DNA of 64,000 nucleotides from Leucoraja ocellata (GCA_036785375.1 JAWMAR010000026.1:11904001-11968000); one strand, 5' to 3'. Positions 1-13,400 are shown, counted from the first letter of the stretch. The notes: generated by a model not told the origin, from the sequence alone. Translations and numbers: made by a program.

Positions 1-282
1 CAAGCCCTCTAGAGCCAACAAAACGTTTGTGAATGCATATGTAAACCATGAGACTGGAGGCAATCAACAAGACCCTTCTAACTTCCAAGTAAACCAACTA
101 TTAGTATCTATTCCCAAAGATAGACACAAAAAGCTAGAGTAACTCAGCGGGACAGGTAGCATCTCTGTTGAGAAGGAATGGGTGACCTTTTGGGTTGAGA
201 CCCTTCTTCAGACTATCTCCAAATCCCTCTGCAGTGGACCATCTTTTTACAGTTAGATGAATTTGATTTTCAATGCCATCTA

Positions 283-600
283 CGGTGACACAGAGGTAGC
301 TAGTAGACCTGCTACTTCACAGCTCCAGCGATCTGTGTTCAATCCTGATCTCCAGTGTGGAGTTTGCACATTCTCGCTGTGACAGAATGGGTTGCTCCAG
401 GCATTCCAGTTCCTTCTCACCTCCTACAGACATGTGGGTTGGTAGGAGAGTTGGCCTTTGTAAATTGCCTTGAGAGTGTAGGCGAGTGATCGAATCAGAA
501 GAGCTGGTGGGATTGTAGATGAATATAAAATGGGATCAGTGTAAATGGGTGGTTGATGGTCAGTGTGTACTCAGTGAACTGAGGGCCTATATCCATGTTG
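283..600 (+). mobile_element. tRNA-derived V-SINE/HE1-type SINE (other copies ~1500-1765 -, 22360-22600, 23541-25405 interrupted, 25490-25650 -, 27008-27345, 30250-30400 -, 32110-32590)
   Basis: B-box-like gttcaatcc, central gtgtggagtttgcacattctc, CR1-like 3' gggcct..tccatg. Confidence 0.8.
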
Positions 601-1765
601 TATACCTTTATGTTAATTACAATTGTGGTTATCCTGTTCCATACATAGCTAACATCTCAAAGTATTAAATTAGGGATTTCCTTCAGTAATCCTTCTCCTG
701 GATTACAGCTTTTCCCACGGATAGGAGATATCAGGACACATCAGGATTTTTTTTGTCCATGAGTTTTTTCCCTCACCGCATGTGCCAGAATCCCACATAT
801 CTCACCTTTAGAATTAAATAATGAAATCATCGAGAACATACAACATGTCAGCACAGGAACAGGCTCTTGAGTTCATGATGTCCATGCCATCAATGTTGCC
901 AAATTAAATTAGTTCCATCTGCAAAATGTGATTCATATCCCTCCATTCCCGTAGATCCATGTGCTTATCTTAAAGATCTTAAACACCATGATCATAACTG
1001 CTTTCATCAGCATCCCTGGCTGACTATATGTTCACACCAATTTACAGGACCACACTGAAAAAGCCAGGAGTTCATACTGTTTTGTAGCTCTTGTAGGGTC
1101 CCTGTATAAGCATGATAGGTCAAATGCTTCTATCTCAATAATGTTGCTTTCCTAGTAATGTTGTATAGACTGCTTATACTACATGGTTTAAAATCTTTGT
1201 TTTACATATTTTCTGGCCTTATCTCTGTGTGACTCCCACACACATGCCATATCTGTTTGCCTGCCAAGTTTAGAACATCAAGTTAACTAGCCTTTTGAAC
1301 TTTTATCTTTTGCAATTTAATTGTGTATCAATCTTTTAATCAGGACATTGATTCTGTCGGAAGGAAGATTCTACTCTTGGTCCTCTGTTTTCTCTCTCTT
1401 ACATTTCCAATAAAGCTCTCGGTAAATTCAAGTAAAGATATTCCGTCTTCCAACTGCTTATAACAGCCCTCATAAGAACGCAGTAACAAATGTGGTTCTC
1501 ACTGTAGTTTAGTTTAGACCATGGATACCGTGTGGAAACAGGCCCTCGGCCCACAGACCAGCGATCCCCACATATTAACACTATCCTATACACACTAGGG
1601 ACAATTTACATATATACCAAGCAAATTAACCTACATACCCAAATGTCTTTGGAGTGTGGGAGGAAACCGAAAATCTTGGAGAAAATCCACACAGGTCCTG
1701 GGGAGAACATACAAACTCCGTACAAACAGCACCCATAGTCAGGATCAAACTCGGGTCTCTAGCGT

Positions 1766-2579
1766 TGTCCCACTGCGGTGACCTAATTCACGAGTTCAGA
1801 CGAGTTTGCCCCCGACTAATACTCGCAGCATGGTCGACACGAGTTCCTAGTAGGTCTTTGTAACTCTCCTTCAAGCTCAAGAGTAGTCCCCGCGTACTTG
1901 AGGCCTCAGCTAGGTCGCGGCGGATTTTTTCAATATGCTGAAAAATGCCCGCGAGTAAGAAAACGTCGCCAAAGAAAAAATTGATATATTTTTACTCGTG
2001 GGTTTAGTCGAGGTAGGTCCTAGTAGGTCATAATGCTATTTGTAGGTAGTCGAAGTTAATCGAAGGTAGTCTAAGGTAAAGCTCATTGAGAAAAAAAAGG
2101 TAAGTAAACCGACTGGTAATGTTAAATGCCCGCTAAACTTTATTAAACGTTGTCTGGCTTCTTAAAAGTGTCTCCACTCCTTCTCCCTCCTTCTCTCCCC
2201 TTCTCTCCCCTTCTCACCCCTTCTCTCCCCTTCTCTCACCCCCCCTTCCCCCCCCCGCGCTCTCTAAAGGACTTACTGAACTGTGCCAGCCGTCTTTTAC
2301 CTTCCTGTTCATCATGGGTGTGAATTTTAGACAGCGCTCCCCCGCTTTCCNNNNNNNNNNNNNNNNNNNNNNNNNNNNNNNNNNNNNNNNNNNNNNNNNN
2401 NNNNNNNNNNNNNNNNNNNNNNNNNNNNNNNNNNNNNNNNNNNNNNNNNNNNNNNNNNNNNNNNNNNNNNNNNNNNNNNNNNNNNNNNNNTTGCGGTTTC
2501 ATCGCTGACGGTTGATCCAGCACGAGGTTTTACAAGTCGAACACAGTCGCTGAAAAGTCGCGTCAGTGGGACAGGCCCT
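1766..2579. mobile_element. Harbinger-type MITE inserted in a SINE, left TIR clipped
   Basis: TGTCCCACTG...CAGTGGGACAGGCCCT followed by TAA; shares ggtaatgttaaatgcc and ctggcttcttaaaagt with 25927-26696. Confidence 0.8.
2351..2490. other. Assembly gap (140 N)
   Basis: N run inside a MITE, at a position where the related copy at 25927 has a (TG)n tract. Confidence 1.
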
Positions 2580-2679
2580 TAAGGCAGCACCATGCCGTTC
2601 ATAACAGGATCAGTTTTGTTTTTGGGGGGTTCTTGGGAGTGAACTAAATGTAGGTTTGAACCCTGAGATTGAAAATCAG

Positions 2680-2761
2680 TGCCTGAACAGGTGACTTGAA
2701 CATTGGATCCTCTGGTTAAATGTTTAAATGTCTGATGCTCTACTGATCGAGCTATTCAGGC
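2680..2761 (-). pseudogene. tRNA-Lys(UUU)-derived pseudogene
   Basis: Reverse complement GCCTGAATAGCTCGATCAGTAGAGCATCAGACATTTAA[ACATTTAA]CCAGAGGATCCAATGTTCAAGTCACCTGTTCAGGCA aligns over the full length of vertebrate tRNA-Lys-TTT; duplicated anticodon loop, broken anticodon stem, TTTT just downstream. Confidence 0.78.
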
Positions 2762-3121
2762 TGTACTGTGACACAAATCAGGATAGGCCTATACTGATAT
2801 CTAGCAGTTGTTTCTCTTTATTGAGATCTCACAGACATTAAAATGAATGGTGGGCTTGAGCTGAGGAGGGAAAGCCAACAGTGGCAGGACAGTGGCACTG
2901 TCCCACGGATAGCCTATCCCCTTACTGGAATAAGTCTATATTTATAAATAAATGGACAAGAGTAACTGTTACTTGATTTTTCTGCAGAAAAAAATTCTGA
3001 ATAATCTGCTGTATAATTAATACTGTAATAGCAATGTCCCTGGAGGGAAGACAACTAAGGTTATAAGAAAGGTTGCCTTCATAAAAAGGAGAGAACAATC
3101 ATCAGATGTTACCAAAAATCA

Positions 3122-3311
3122 ACACAAAGGGCTGGATTAACTCAGCTGGTCAGGCAGCATCTCTGGAGAAAAGGATGGGCTACATTTCTGGTCTGAAGAA
3201 GGGTCTTGACCTGAAACGTCACCCATTCTAGTTCTCCAGAGATGCTGCCTGACCCACCGAGTTACCTAAGCACTTTGTGTCTATCTTCGGTGTAGACCAG
3301 CATCTGCAGTT
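3122..3311 (+). repeat. Penelope-type foldback repeat with a minimal hammerhead motif (related copies ~120-214, 4055-4184, 29070-29212, 32160-32327, 38390-38495)
   Basis: Inverted arms caggcagcatctctggagaa / ttctccagagatgctgcctg flank CTGAAGA-agggtc-tt-gacct-GAAAC-GTC. Confidence 0.7.
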
Positions 3312-4705
3312 GTTATTTTTTACAAGCATCAGATGTTATCTATCATGCCGACTGAAATGCTTGCACATTTGGCAAGGGTCAGGTTTGGCTCTGACACCTT
3401 CCATACTTCCACTTTGTTTGGATATCCTGCCAATTATTACCACCAGCACTCAGAAAGTCCTTTGGATGAACGTTAACCAGATGAGCGGGTATCAGTACTG
3501 TCAGCTGAGGGAAAATGAGAGGAGAACATTGGGTGCAAATATTGCTTTGGTTTTCAGATCCAAAGGGATAACAAGGTGATGTTTTATCTTTAAGTACGGC
3601 CATTGAGTGTTTTACTTCCTTTGGTTTTCAGGTTTTGGTTTTACTTCCTTTGGTTTGGGTGCCATACTTAGAAAACAGTGAATGAGCTCCCCTGGCACAG
3701 TTTATATTTAAGGCAGAGATCAAGAGATTGGTTTTAGATGTTCATGAAATCAAGAGTTATGGGGTTAATTCTTGGAAAGTGGTGCTGAGATCAAAACTCA
3801 TCCATGCTGTTTTTGAATGGTAGCAGGAGGGTCTGAGTGGCCTGCTCCTGGTTCTACATCTTGCTTTGTTATGACAACAGTTTTAGTGGAAGAATCATTA
3901 TGCCAATTAGCGTGAAATGTACACCGTTATAGGAAGTATTTATATCTGCTTTGGACAAACAGAAATCAAAAGGATAGCTTTAAGAATATTGTTGGTGCAA
4001 GCTGAGAGTTTCTTTCAGTGTGCAGTGTCCCATTGGACTTAACTTGTCTTTTTGTTTAAGAAGGAACTGCAGATGCTGGAAAATCGAAGGTAGACAAAAG
4101 TGCTGGAGAAACTCAGCGGGTGCAGCAGCATTTATGGAGCGAAGGAAATAGGCAATGTTTCGGGCCGAAACTCTTCTTCAGACTTAATCTGTCATTTGAT
4201 CCGCCATCTACTCAAACACTCCCTGTGGAGAACTGTAGCTCCAGCCTAAAACTTAGTGAAATGAAGAAATGAATTGTTTCTTGTGGAATCTGCTTACACA
4301 GCAAAACAAATTTCATAGGGAAGTCACAGAACTTTGGTTTCCTGTGCCATAGATAACCGTGGTTTGTACATTTCAGTTCCTCTCTTTGGCAGTAATTAGT
4401 TATCAGCATCATTGGAAATAATGTTGGCTCTGACCCTTTATAAGACCCTATATAATTTTGTAATGCTCAATTAATTAGTTCATTTTGGGGCAATTTCCCC
4501 CCAAAACAACTTACGATTTGCTTTTTGACACTGAGCAGGATGGCAGAAAAGAGACAGGAAAGTGTTATTGTACTTTTGTAACCCTTCTCCCTCTCAGTCT
4601 CTGAGAATCACTATATTGGGGTGAGCTACCTTTTTTTAATGGCATTTCATTGGTTTTAATTGGCTTCAATTATTTCAATTAAGGCCCTGCTAATCAGTGA
4701 ACTCA

Positions 4706-4815
4706 GGAGGGAGAGGGTGAAGGGGGGAGGGTGAAGGTGAAGGGGTGAGAGTGAAGGTGAGAGGGTGAAGGGGTGAGAGTGAAGGGGGGAGGGTGAAGGG
4801 GGTGAGGGTGGAGGA
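4706..4815. repeat. Low-complexity (GGTGAA/GGGTGA)n purine-rich tract
   Basis: Direct reading. Confidence 0.9.
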
Positions 4816-6949
4816 GTATAAGGATGAACACAGGACACCTAACCGAAAGGAGCTGGCTGGGAACTGGAGAATGGCAACTTACCTAACGAAGAACAAACTG
4901 ATATGGGCACAAATTCACTGACTCAAGGAGGAGACAAACAACAGGTGATGAGTGTAATAAAGCATCGAACTTCTAAATTTGCAATCATCCAAGTCAAAGT
5001 TGTTGTAGGAATCTTCCTAATGTTGCCACTGATTTGAAAACCAACACATCTATCATTCATCAGACTGGAATAATATGATTATGTGAAGATCAACTCTGAT
5101 CTTTAGCTAGCCTCTCTTAACAGACAGTGGCAGGCAATGGAGGTCCTTAGGATATGTGTGAGGTCTTGCAATGTGTTTTGATAAGCTGAATGATACAAAA
5201 AAAGTTAAAATATTCCATCTTGTTAACCAAGCCCCAGCTTTTCTCAAACGTTTCTGATAAAACTATATGTGTGATTGCGAATGAATTGTTAGTGGTTTTA
5301 AACTTGTCATAGCAATCGTTATTATTTTCCTTTCCAAAATCAAATCTTAATTTACATTGGGAACATTGCATTGGATATCTAGTTGCTGCAGCTATTAAGC
5401 TTATTGTTCTTTGATATTAAATCCCAGTACAATAAAACATCAGTTTCAATAGCTTGGATCCATTCTTCTTCGGAGAATTGTTATGGATTATAGAGTATCC
5501 TGTTGCCAATTTGCTCAGTGGTGTTTGGTTACTGCAATGGAATGTTTTAACTTTCTCAGCAAACACATTCTCACTTAGCTTAGCAAGGTTTCAGACTGAT
5601 CACCAGTCTCTCCTTTCCCCTGCTGCTGTATTTTTTAAGCAAATTTTAGAGGCAGATACTGCCACAGTTCTCTCAAGCAAATCTCCCTGATACAATATGT
5701 TTGGCTGCATTTACTGAAGGCAACCAAGGCTTAAACATTGGTTCATGCACAGTGTTGCCACTGACCCATATCACATGCATCAGAAAGCTGGAACTGATAG
5801 AACCTGATATCTCTACCTGCAGTGAAGCTGAAACATTATCTTGAGCTGCAAACGTTCACTATCCCATCATACCTTATTAATGGAGTTGGAGAGACAAAGA
5901 GACGGAAAATAACGGCTGCACCTCTTCAAAGGCTGCAGTTACCATTGAGAAGAAAAGATGTGTTAAAGCACTGAGCAGGTTCTGCAGTGCATCAAGCTGT
6001 TTGCATGTTTATCATTTTCCTCAAAGGCACCCTATTGAAATAAATGTTCGTGGTGCTGAGAGCATGAAGGTGGATATCCACATACAATGTATCAGCTGTG
6101 ACAGGAGCAGCACTCCTGGCTAAGACAATGCACCATCCACCTCACTCTTATCAGAAAACAAAGAGGAATAGCGTTGGGCACCCTAAATTGAAAAACATTT
6201 CTACTGTGGACCCAAACGGCACTCCAATAATTGAATTTTTTCAAATTTTGTTTTGATTTAAATAACAAAAGAACAAAAACCCAAACCAAACCAAACGTAA
6301 AATACAAAACTAGAAATTCAAGATGGGAATTGCCGAATCATCCGGAGGTTATCAGTTCAATCACAATACATTTTGGATAATGCAGCCAAACTACATTCCC
6401 GTATTGCTCAAGAAAGCTGTGTGACAGCAAGCAGGTTAGTTGAAGTGAGTCAGCTACACCCCTTTATATAATTGAAGTGAATTATAATTGCGAATACAAG
6501 CAAAAGACAACAATATTAACATCTAAAGTAACTTAAAGTAAGAGCAGATTGGACGAGGAATTTTTTATAAAATAAATCAACAGAAAATAGTAATAGTGTG
6601 AGGTGCAGTACAAAGACTGGAACTCAAGCACAGAGATTCAGAGAGAAAAGTGGGACTGCCTGCTAATAGAGGTCCCATGACATATAGAACTTGGAGCCTG
6701 TACACACTGTGAGAACACTATGCTTTTGTTGGTATTTTTGTCGGTCTACGGACATTGACACAAAAAGGCTTGTAACATCTTTTGGTTTCAACTAAGATCA
6801 ACTCCCATACAGTGCTCTATAGGCCGGGCACGTTCCCTAGGCAATCCAGCCTGTCATGATGAAGCAATAGTCTAGTTTGCCTTTATATTTGAAAGGGCAA
6901 ACTATTTTGTTAAACCTATTATTAATTTCATATTTATTTTGAAGCAGAT

Positions 6950-8620
6950 GACAAGCTAGCATTTATTGCCAATTCCTTAATGTCTTTGAGGAGATAATAC
7001 TAATCCACCTCCTGAAATACTGCAATCATTTCAGTAAATGTGCTTCGAGGGAGGGCGTTCTAGGATTTTGATGCAACAATAATGAAGGAACACCAATAGA
7101 TTTCCAAGGCAGAATGGTGTGACTAGGTGGGAATATTCAGCTGGTTGCATTACCATTAGCTTGAGATCCTTGTCCTTCTCAGTGGTTTAGTTTACAGGTT
7201 TCAGAGATACTACCGGGAGTAGCCTGGGTAAAGAACGGCAGTGTGGTTTGTAGATTGTACACACTGTAATCACCTTTGCACCGGAACGGGAGGAAATGAG
7301 TGTTTATGGTGGTGGATGGCGCACCTATTAAGTGGGCAGTATTGATATGTTTAGTGTTGGAACTGCACCATTCCAGAGTGTAAATAGTATTTTAACAACT
7401 CCTCATGGATGGTTTCACCGCCTTATGGATGGTTGCAAATTTCTGGAATGTCAGGAAATGAGACACTCCCCACAAGATACCAGCCTCTGACTCGCTTCTG
7501 TAGTCACAGTATTCATAAGGCTGATCAATTCCTTTTCTCCTCGGTAGTGAACCACATGATATTGGTGGAGAAGCTGATGCTGGCAATGCCATTGAATGTC
7601 ACAATCGGTTGTTACTCCCTTACTCTAAATAATCAGTGCCTGACCTTCTGCAGTGGAAATTGTATTAGATATTTATCAGGCTGTTTTGAAATGTTGTCCA
7701 GGTCTTGTTACCTGCATACATGGATTCCTTTATTTGCTGAAGGGTTGTAAATGTTGCTCAATATTGTTCCAGAATTGGATAACATCTTCATGTATAATCT
7801 TGTGATGGAACAAAGGTCTTTGGTGGGAATACAGGAGAAGGCAGATGCTTAAATCTAAAGAAAAAAATAAACTGCTGGAGAGCTCAGAAGGTCAATCAGC
7901 ATGTGTGTAGACAAAATAAATATGTTGACATTTCAGGTAATGACCCATTAGTTGACAGTTGCTGATCCATTGGGTTCTTCCAGCAGTTTATTTTATCATT
8001 GCTGAAGCAGCTGATGATTGTTGTGCCTAGGACATCATCTTGAGGAATTCATGCAGTGATGAGACTGAGATGATTAACCTCCAAAACCTGTAAGCAATCT
8101 TCCTTTGAATGAGATTTGATTCCAGTCTCTGATCTGGTTTCCCCTCAATGTTCATTGACTTCAGTATTACAGGAGCTTCTTGATGCCACACTTGGTCAAA
8201 TGCTGACTGATTACCTCGCCTCTGCAATTTAGTTATTTGGTCCATGTTTGGACCAAGGCTACGATGAGGCCTTGAGCCAAGTGGTCCTGACAAAACTAGT
8301 CAACCATGTGGAACATTACTCAGGTATGGAACATGTGACTATTGGTAAACAGGCACTCATTGACAACACTACTTAACAAACTAACCAAAAAGTATTTAAT
8401 CGCTTTGCTGTCATTTGAGCGCAGGCTATCTGTGTAGTAATTATCCAGGTCAGATGTTCCATATCTGAGTAATGTTCCACATGGTTGGCCGATTGCTAGA
8501 ACTGTAACTTTACTGGAACAGCCTTGACTACAAGCATGGTCAGTGCTAGAGTTCAAGTTGTCAATGCTGCAGCTTTCCCCAGAGCATTTGTTGTATCATG
8601 TGCTCTCAGACATTTCTTGA
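6950..8620 (-). mobile_element. Ancient CR1/L2-group LINE remnant
   Basis: AFDQVWHQ..VILKSMNIEGK..LESNL RT remnant; a similar family occurs at ~38960-39140 and ~42230-42560. Confidence 0.55.
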
Positions 8621-9423
8621 TTATAACAGAGTTTTTTAAATAGCAAATCTAAATTTTCTTCATAAAAATACAAAACAGTAAATGGTTTTCTTAACATTCG
8701 TAGGTGTTGTCAAGTCTATACATTCAATGTGCCATCAAGGTAATACATTCTATGTACTAAGCACCTATGTGGCCGCATAGCAGAAGCGTCCATGTCACGG
8801 GGCTGGAAACTGGAAGTATCCTGAGCTAATTCTGCCACCAGCATCATCTACTGCGACAGGTGATGGCTTTCAGGACAGACAATGACAGCGAGGCCAACAT
8901 TTGTAACAGGATGAATACGAAAAGAAGAAGAGGCACCAATGTTACCCATGTGGCCTCATGAACAATACACTTTCCAGTGCTCCAGGGAACCAGCCCGTCA
9001 GTGCTCTGTGGTAGAAATAGAGTGGGTCTGGTGGACTGCAGACTGGCTTTACGATGATGGAAAACTTAGCTCATAGCTGAGTTCCAAATCCAAATCCAAT
9101 TGTCTTTGACATATATGAGCTATCTTCTGCCATCACTGAGGACAGGGATGTTCTTGGCACTCCCTTCTATTACATGTATTATTATTCCTTCCCCTTCATA
9201 AGCTCCCCATTTGGAGCTTTAGTTTTACCCCTCAGTTCCGGGATTGCTCTGTTTATTGTATGTTGCTTTTGGTGTTTCAGATGCATGTTGGCCCATGTTC
9301 CAGTTTTGCTCCCGGCGTTCATTCAACCAGGGTTGTTTTTCTGGCTAGATTGTAAAGGTGGAGTATGGGATATGCCGAGTCATTGTTGTAGTTAAATGTA
9401 TATAAATATATTTTACTACAGCA

Positions 9424-9434
9424 ATGACTCAGCA
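9424..9434 (+). promoter_or_regulatory. Antioxidant response element (Nrf2/sMaf consensus)
   Basis: ATGACTCAGCA, an exact RTGACTCAGCA match ~870 nt upstream of a GST start codon. Confidence 0.6.
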
Positions 9435-10099
9435 CATGATGACAGGTTGAAATTTCAGAATTAGTCTATTCAATGCACATATTCTGAAAGCCCCCAACAG
9501 TCATGATAATTGGAATTTGCATGGATACATGTTGGGTCTGGTGTTTGCCCACCACGGTTCTCCTTGGTTTAGAAGGATATGTGTTAAGGGTATGCCGCAG
9601 AGATGAGCACCTGATTAAGGCTAACATTCGACCCATTTCTGAGGATGTCCTACACTACTGGAGGTCCCATTTTTAGAATGGAATAATAAAAAACAAGGAT
9701 CTGACCACCAGGTTCAATAATAGCTTCTTTCCCACAACCATCAGGCTTCTGAACATGACAAAACACTAAAAATGTAAACCATGGACTGTCTTTCGCTGCA
9801 CAAAGGACTTTGGATTCTATTGCATCTTTACTGAGGTTGTTCATTATTTTTTTTTGTTTATGTTACGTTATCTATGAGTATTATCTTTATAGGCCTGTTA
9901 TGCTGCTGCAAGTAAGAATTTCATGTTTCTTTGTCGTACATATGGCTATAAACACTCTGTTGACTTGTATTTAAGTGGAAGATGGCATGACATTATTTAA
10001 TTATGAGAGCAGGAGGGAGATTTTCCTTGTATATCAGCTAGTGTTTATCTTCCAATCACTATTATTAATGATTGCTGATTGTGGTTTTTGCGGTTTTAA

Positions 10100-10260
10100 T
10101 TGGGGGGGGGGGGGGGGGGGGTGGTGAGGGGAGAAGAAGAGGGGCGGGATACTTGCCTTTGGATAGTGCTGCGGCTGGGAGTTACAGAGCCACGTCACCG
10201 TCACCGCCCCCGCCCCCGCCCCCGCCCGACTTTGAGCGGAGCAGTGTGATTATATAAGAA
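10100..10260 (+). promoter_or_regulatory. GST proximal promoter: poly-G tract, GC boxes, ARE/CRE-like element, TATA box
   Basis: G run at ~10102-10121; GGGGCGGG at 10141; GCCACGTCAC at 10189-10198 (reverse complement GTGACGTGGC fits RTGACnnnGC); tandem CCGCCC at ~10204-10228; TATATAA at ~10251-10257, about 50 nt before the ATG. Confidence 0.75.
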
Positions 10261-10303
10261 GGAATTGTAAGGCAGCTGGTCAGCGCATTTGACATCAGCA
10301 GAC

Positions 10304-10471
10304 ATGGCAGAGAGTATGCTTCTGTTCTGGGGCTCCGGCTCCCCGCCTTGCTGGAGGGTCACCATAGCCTTGGAAGAGAAGAAACTGCAAGGCTACAAGG
10401 GGAAACTGCTGTCCTTCGAGAAGATGGAGCACAAATCGAATGAGGTTTTGGAGATAAATCCCAGGGGCCAG
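10304..10471 (+). CDS. gstr: GST rho exon 1
   Basis: ATG at 10304; 56 codons ending NPRGQ; donor GTGCAG at 10472. Confidence 0.95.
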
Positions 10472-13400
10472 GTGCAGAATGAGAGTTTGCTACTTTCCTC
10501 ACGCCCCCCCCTCCCCCGTTCCGGACACCTTAACGACAGTTATTTTGTAAATCATCCACTACAGTTACTTGTGTCTCTACAGCTTGTATATGTGGATTAA
10601 ATAGCTGTTTTACAGTCCCAGGTCGCAGCGCAGATATTTGAATTTATATGTAATCGGATTTAAATAAACGAAATTTAAATCAAGCTTTTTTTAAAAATAT
10701 GACCATTGTTGTTGCAGTTACCCAGTTTCCGCCATGGGAAAATCGTCCTGAATGAATCTATTGGAATCTGTCTCTATTTAGAGGTAAGAGGGTTTCATTT
10801 TTCCCCCTGAAGGCTTTCGTCGAAAATGTTGCTTTTTTATAAACCCGAGACGTGTTTTTCCTCCGTATTCAGTTAGTTTAAGACTACTGTTGACTTGGTA
10901 TCAGCGGTTTGCTGGCTTGTTTCCCAGGTTTTAATGTCTTGTTCACTCTCTGAACTTGCCTTCCCCAGAACCAGTTCAAGTCTCAAGGTACCCAGCTGAT
11001 TCCGGATTCCGGGGCTGAGCAGGCTCTTGTTTACCAGAGAATGTTTGAGGTTCTGACTCTGCAGGAGAAAGTGGGTAAGTTTCCCTTAGCTTCCCATGTG
11101 TGCCAACTGTTGCTATGGGTGTTCTTGCTTCAAAACGCGGTTGCCAACCAAGCCGTATAAAGGTTGATCCCCCAGTGTATTTTCTCCCTCTGAGCGCTGA
11201 CGAGCTGCTCTGAATGGTACAAGTACCGTTCCTTCCTTCCTTCCATTCAAAGCAGCGAAGACAAAGACCCTGCACAACAAACATTAAGCCAATGCTAAAC
11301 GCAAGATTATCTTAGTGTTTTATCGACCTACAAAGTTAATGTTCACTATTCTGTGTCCAGCATTGTTAAACACTTTTAATACGTGAATGTTGTAGCATCG
11401 TCCTGTTTGTATTTCTAGTACCTGCATTAATGGCTATTTGCAGCAACCCTGCTTTTATTAATGCTTTCTATGGCAATTTTATCTTTGTTTGTTGTCTGCC
11501 TTGTATTAGCCCAATACTTTAAATTATGTCATTCCTATTTATAGAAGGTGAGTATTTTGGTAAACAGCAGCAAGCACAGGTGTGCTGGGGGATGGTGATA
11601 AATTTCCAAGGTGGAATTGAATGGGACTTGATGTTCCCATGCATCTATTACATTGGCCCTTCTATGTAATTTGAGGTTGCTGTTCTTTATCGGTTGCAAT
11701 TTACTAATTTGTAACTATTTGCAACCACTCCAGCTTCCCAAGCTTGTGTCCCTCCATTTTGTGTAATTGTGCAGTTTGCTGCAGTTTTTTTTTTTCAACA
11801 ACAGTATTGTTCAATATCAACGATAGATGGGTTGGCAGAGCAACCCACTTACCAGGCCAAGGCTGAACGTTGTCTAGTTCTTCAATTTGCACAAAGGAAC
11901 TACTTTTTCCCCCCAAGAAGTTGGTTACAATGGAGTACGTAATTAAGTATTAGCATTTGGGAGCGAGATGGTTGGGCTTGGGGCACTGAATAAGGTTAAA
12001 AGTAGTGAGAAATAATGGAATTAATGAAGCATGATAAATAGCATTGGACACAATCAGTATGTAGCAATGTTACAAAATTTTGAGATTAAATAAACTAAGT
12101 CTGCAAGTAATCCCATCAGATAAAGCATAAAAAGTTTAATCTAGAAAGATTCACTCAATATAATCAAAGTTATTATTTTTTGGCACAATACATGGGACTA
12201 ATAGTATAAAAAATATTGACTATGGATAGACAATAACACAAAATATAGACTATTTAGATGCTCTTATTACATGATTGTCCAAAAAAAAACATTTAAATCA
12301 TCTTGCAAGTGGGTTTTTCTGGAACGAGATCGATTGGAACGTTGCATTTGCAGTGAATTTGAACTCCATATCGGCAGGAAAAACACTTCCGGTTTGTAGG
12401 GGACCCAAATCACATTTTCGCAATATAAAAGTAGAATAAAGCCATCCCAAGAAGCAAGTTAATTTGTAAAATAAACAACTTGCCTTTTGTTTTATCCCGT
12501 TTTTGCGATCCGTCACGTTGTAGGCGTTGAGCGGGTTAGAAGTCGCATTTTATTTTAATCTAATTATTAAATTGTTTCGCGATTATTATTTTAAAAAAAA
12601 AAAAAATCTGGAAAGGAACTCCGATCAATTAGTCGCTAGCAGCCCGAGAAAATCCGCCACTGACAGGCAGTAGAAAACTGCATTTTAATCCACCCCCCCC
12701 CACCCCACCCCCTCCTCAAAGGCGCCAAAGTCGCGCACACAGCCAGTGGCAGAATTGCAGCACCGCTACATTATGGCTTTGTTGGGAGGTGCAGTGGACA
12801 GTGTAGCTCTTGAAATCGTGACCTTGGGTGCTGTCTCCATGAAGTTTGCAAAGGGGGGAGGAGGGGTGTCATTGGATGCTTGGTGATCTGCATGATGCCT
12901 CTGCAAGCCCAAAGGACTTTTCATGTTAGAATTGAGTTTCTTTTTACCTGACAGATTGGATAAAGATGAATTAACTAATATGGTAAAATATGTTTTTGAT
13001 ATTTAGCAGTCATTTCAGGATCCACTCTACACCTATTGGACAAAACTAGAGCATGCAATACTGGGTGTATTGTGCCATTGAGGATTAGTCGGATGAGTAT
13101 AAATGAGGCCCTTTGGGTAGGAAGGCTGTGAACAATGGGATGCTGGAGCCCTACATGCTCCTAATGCTATTTTGTGATTTGGATGAGGGGATTGTAGAGA
13201 ATAAATTCAAGTTTGCTGATGATACAAGGCCAGGTGAGCTTTGAAGAAGATGCAGAGGGGCTTCACAAAATGTAACTTAATACATGAGGTCATGGCAGAT
13301 AGAATATCATTAGGGAAACTGGGACGGTAGTGTTTTAAAAATGCACTGGGAATGAATATAAGGTCATGGTTCATTTGACAATTTAGCAGCAATTCATAGC

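Noticed and set aside
6388-6470. ZNF143-like ACTACATTCCC plus TTTATATAA as a separate promoter
   Set aside because: Motif spacing is off by one and no downstream gene was identified
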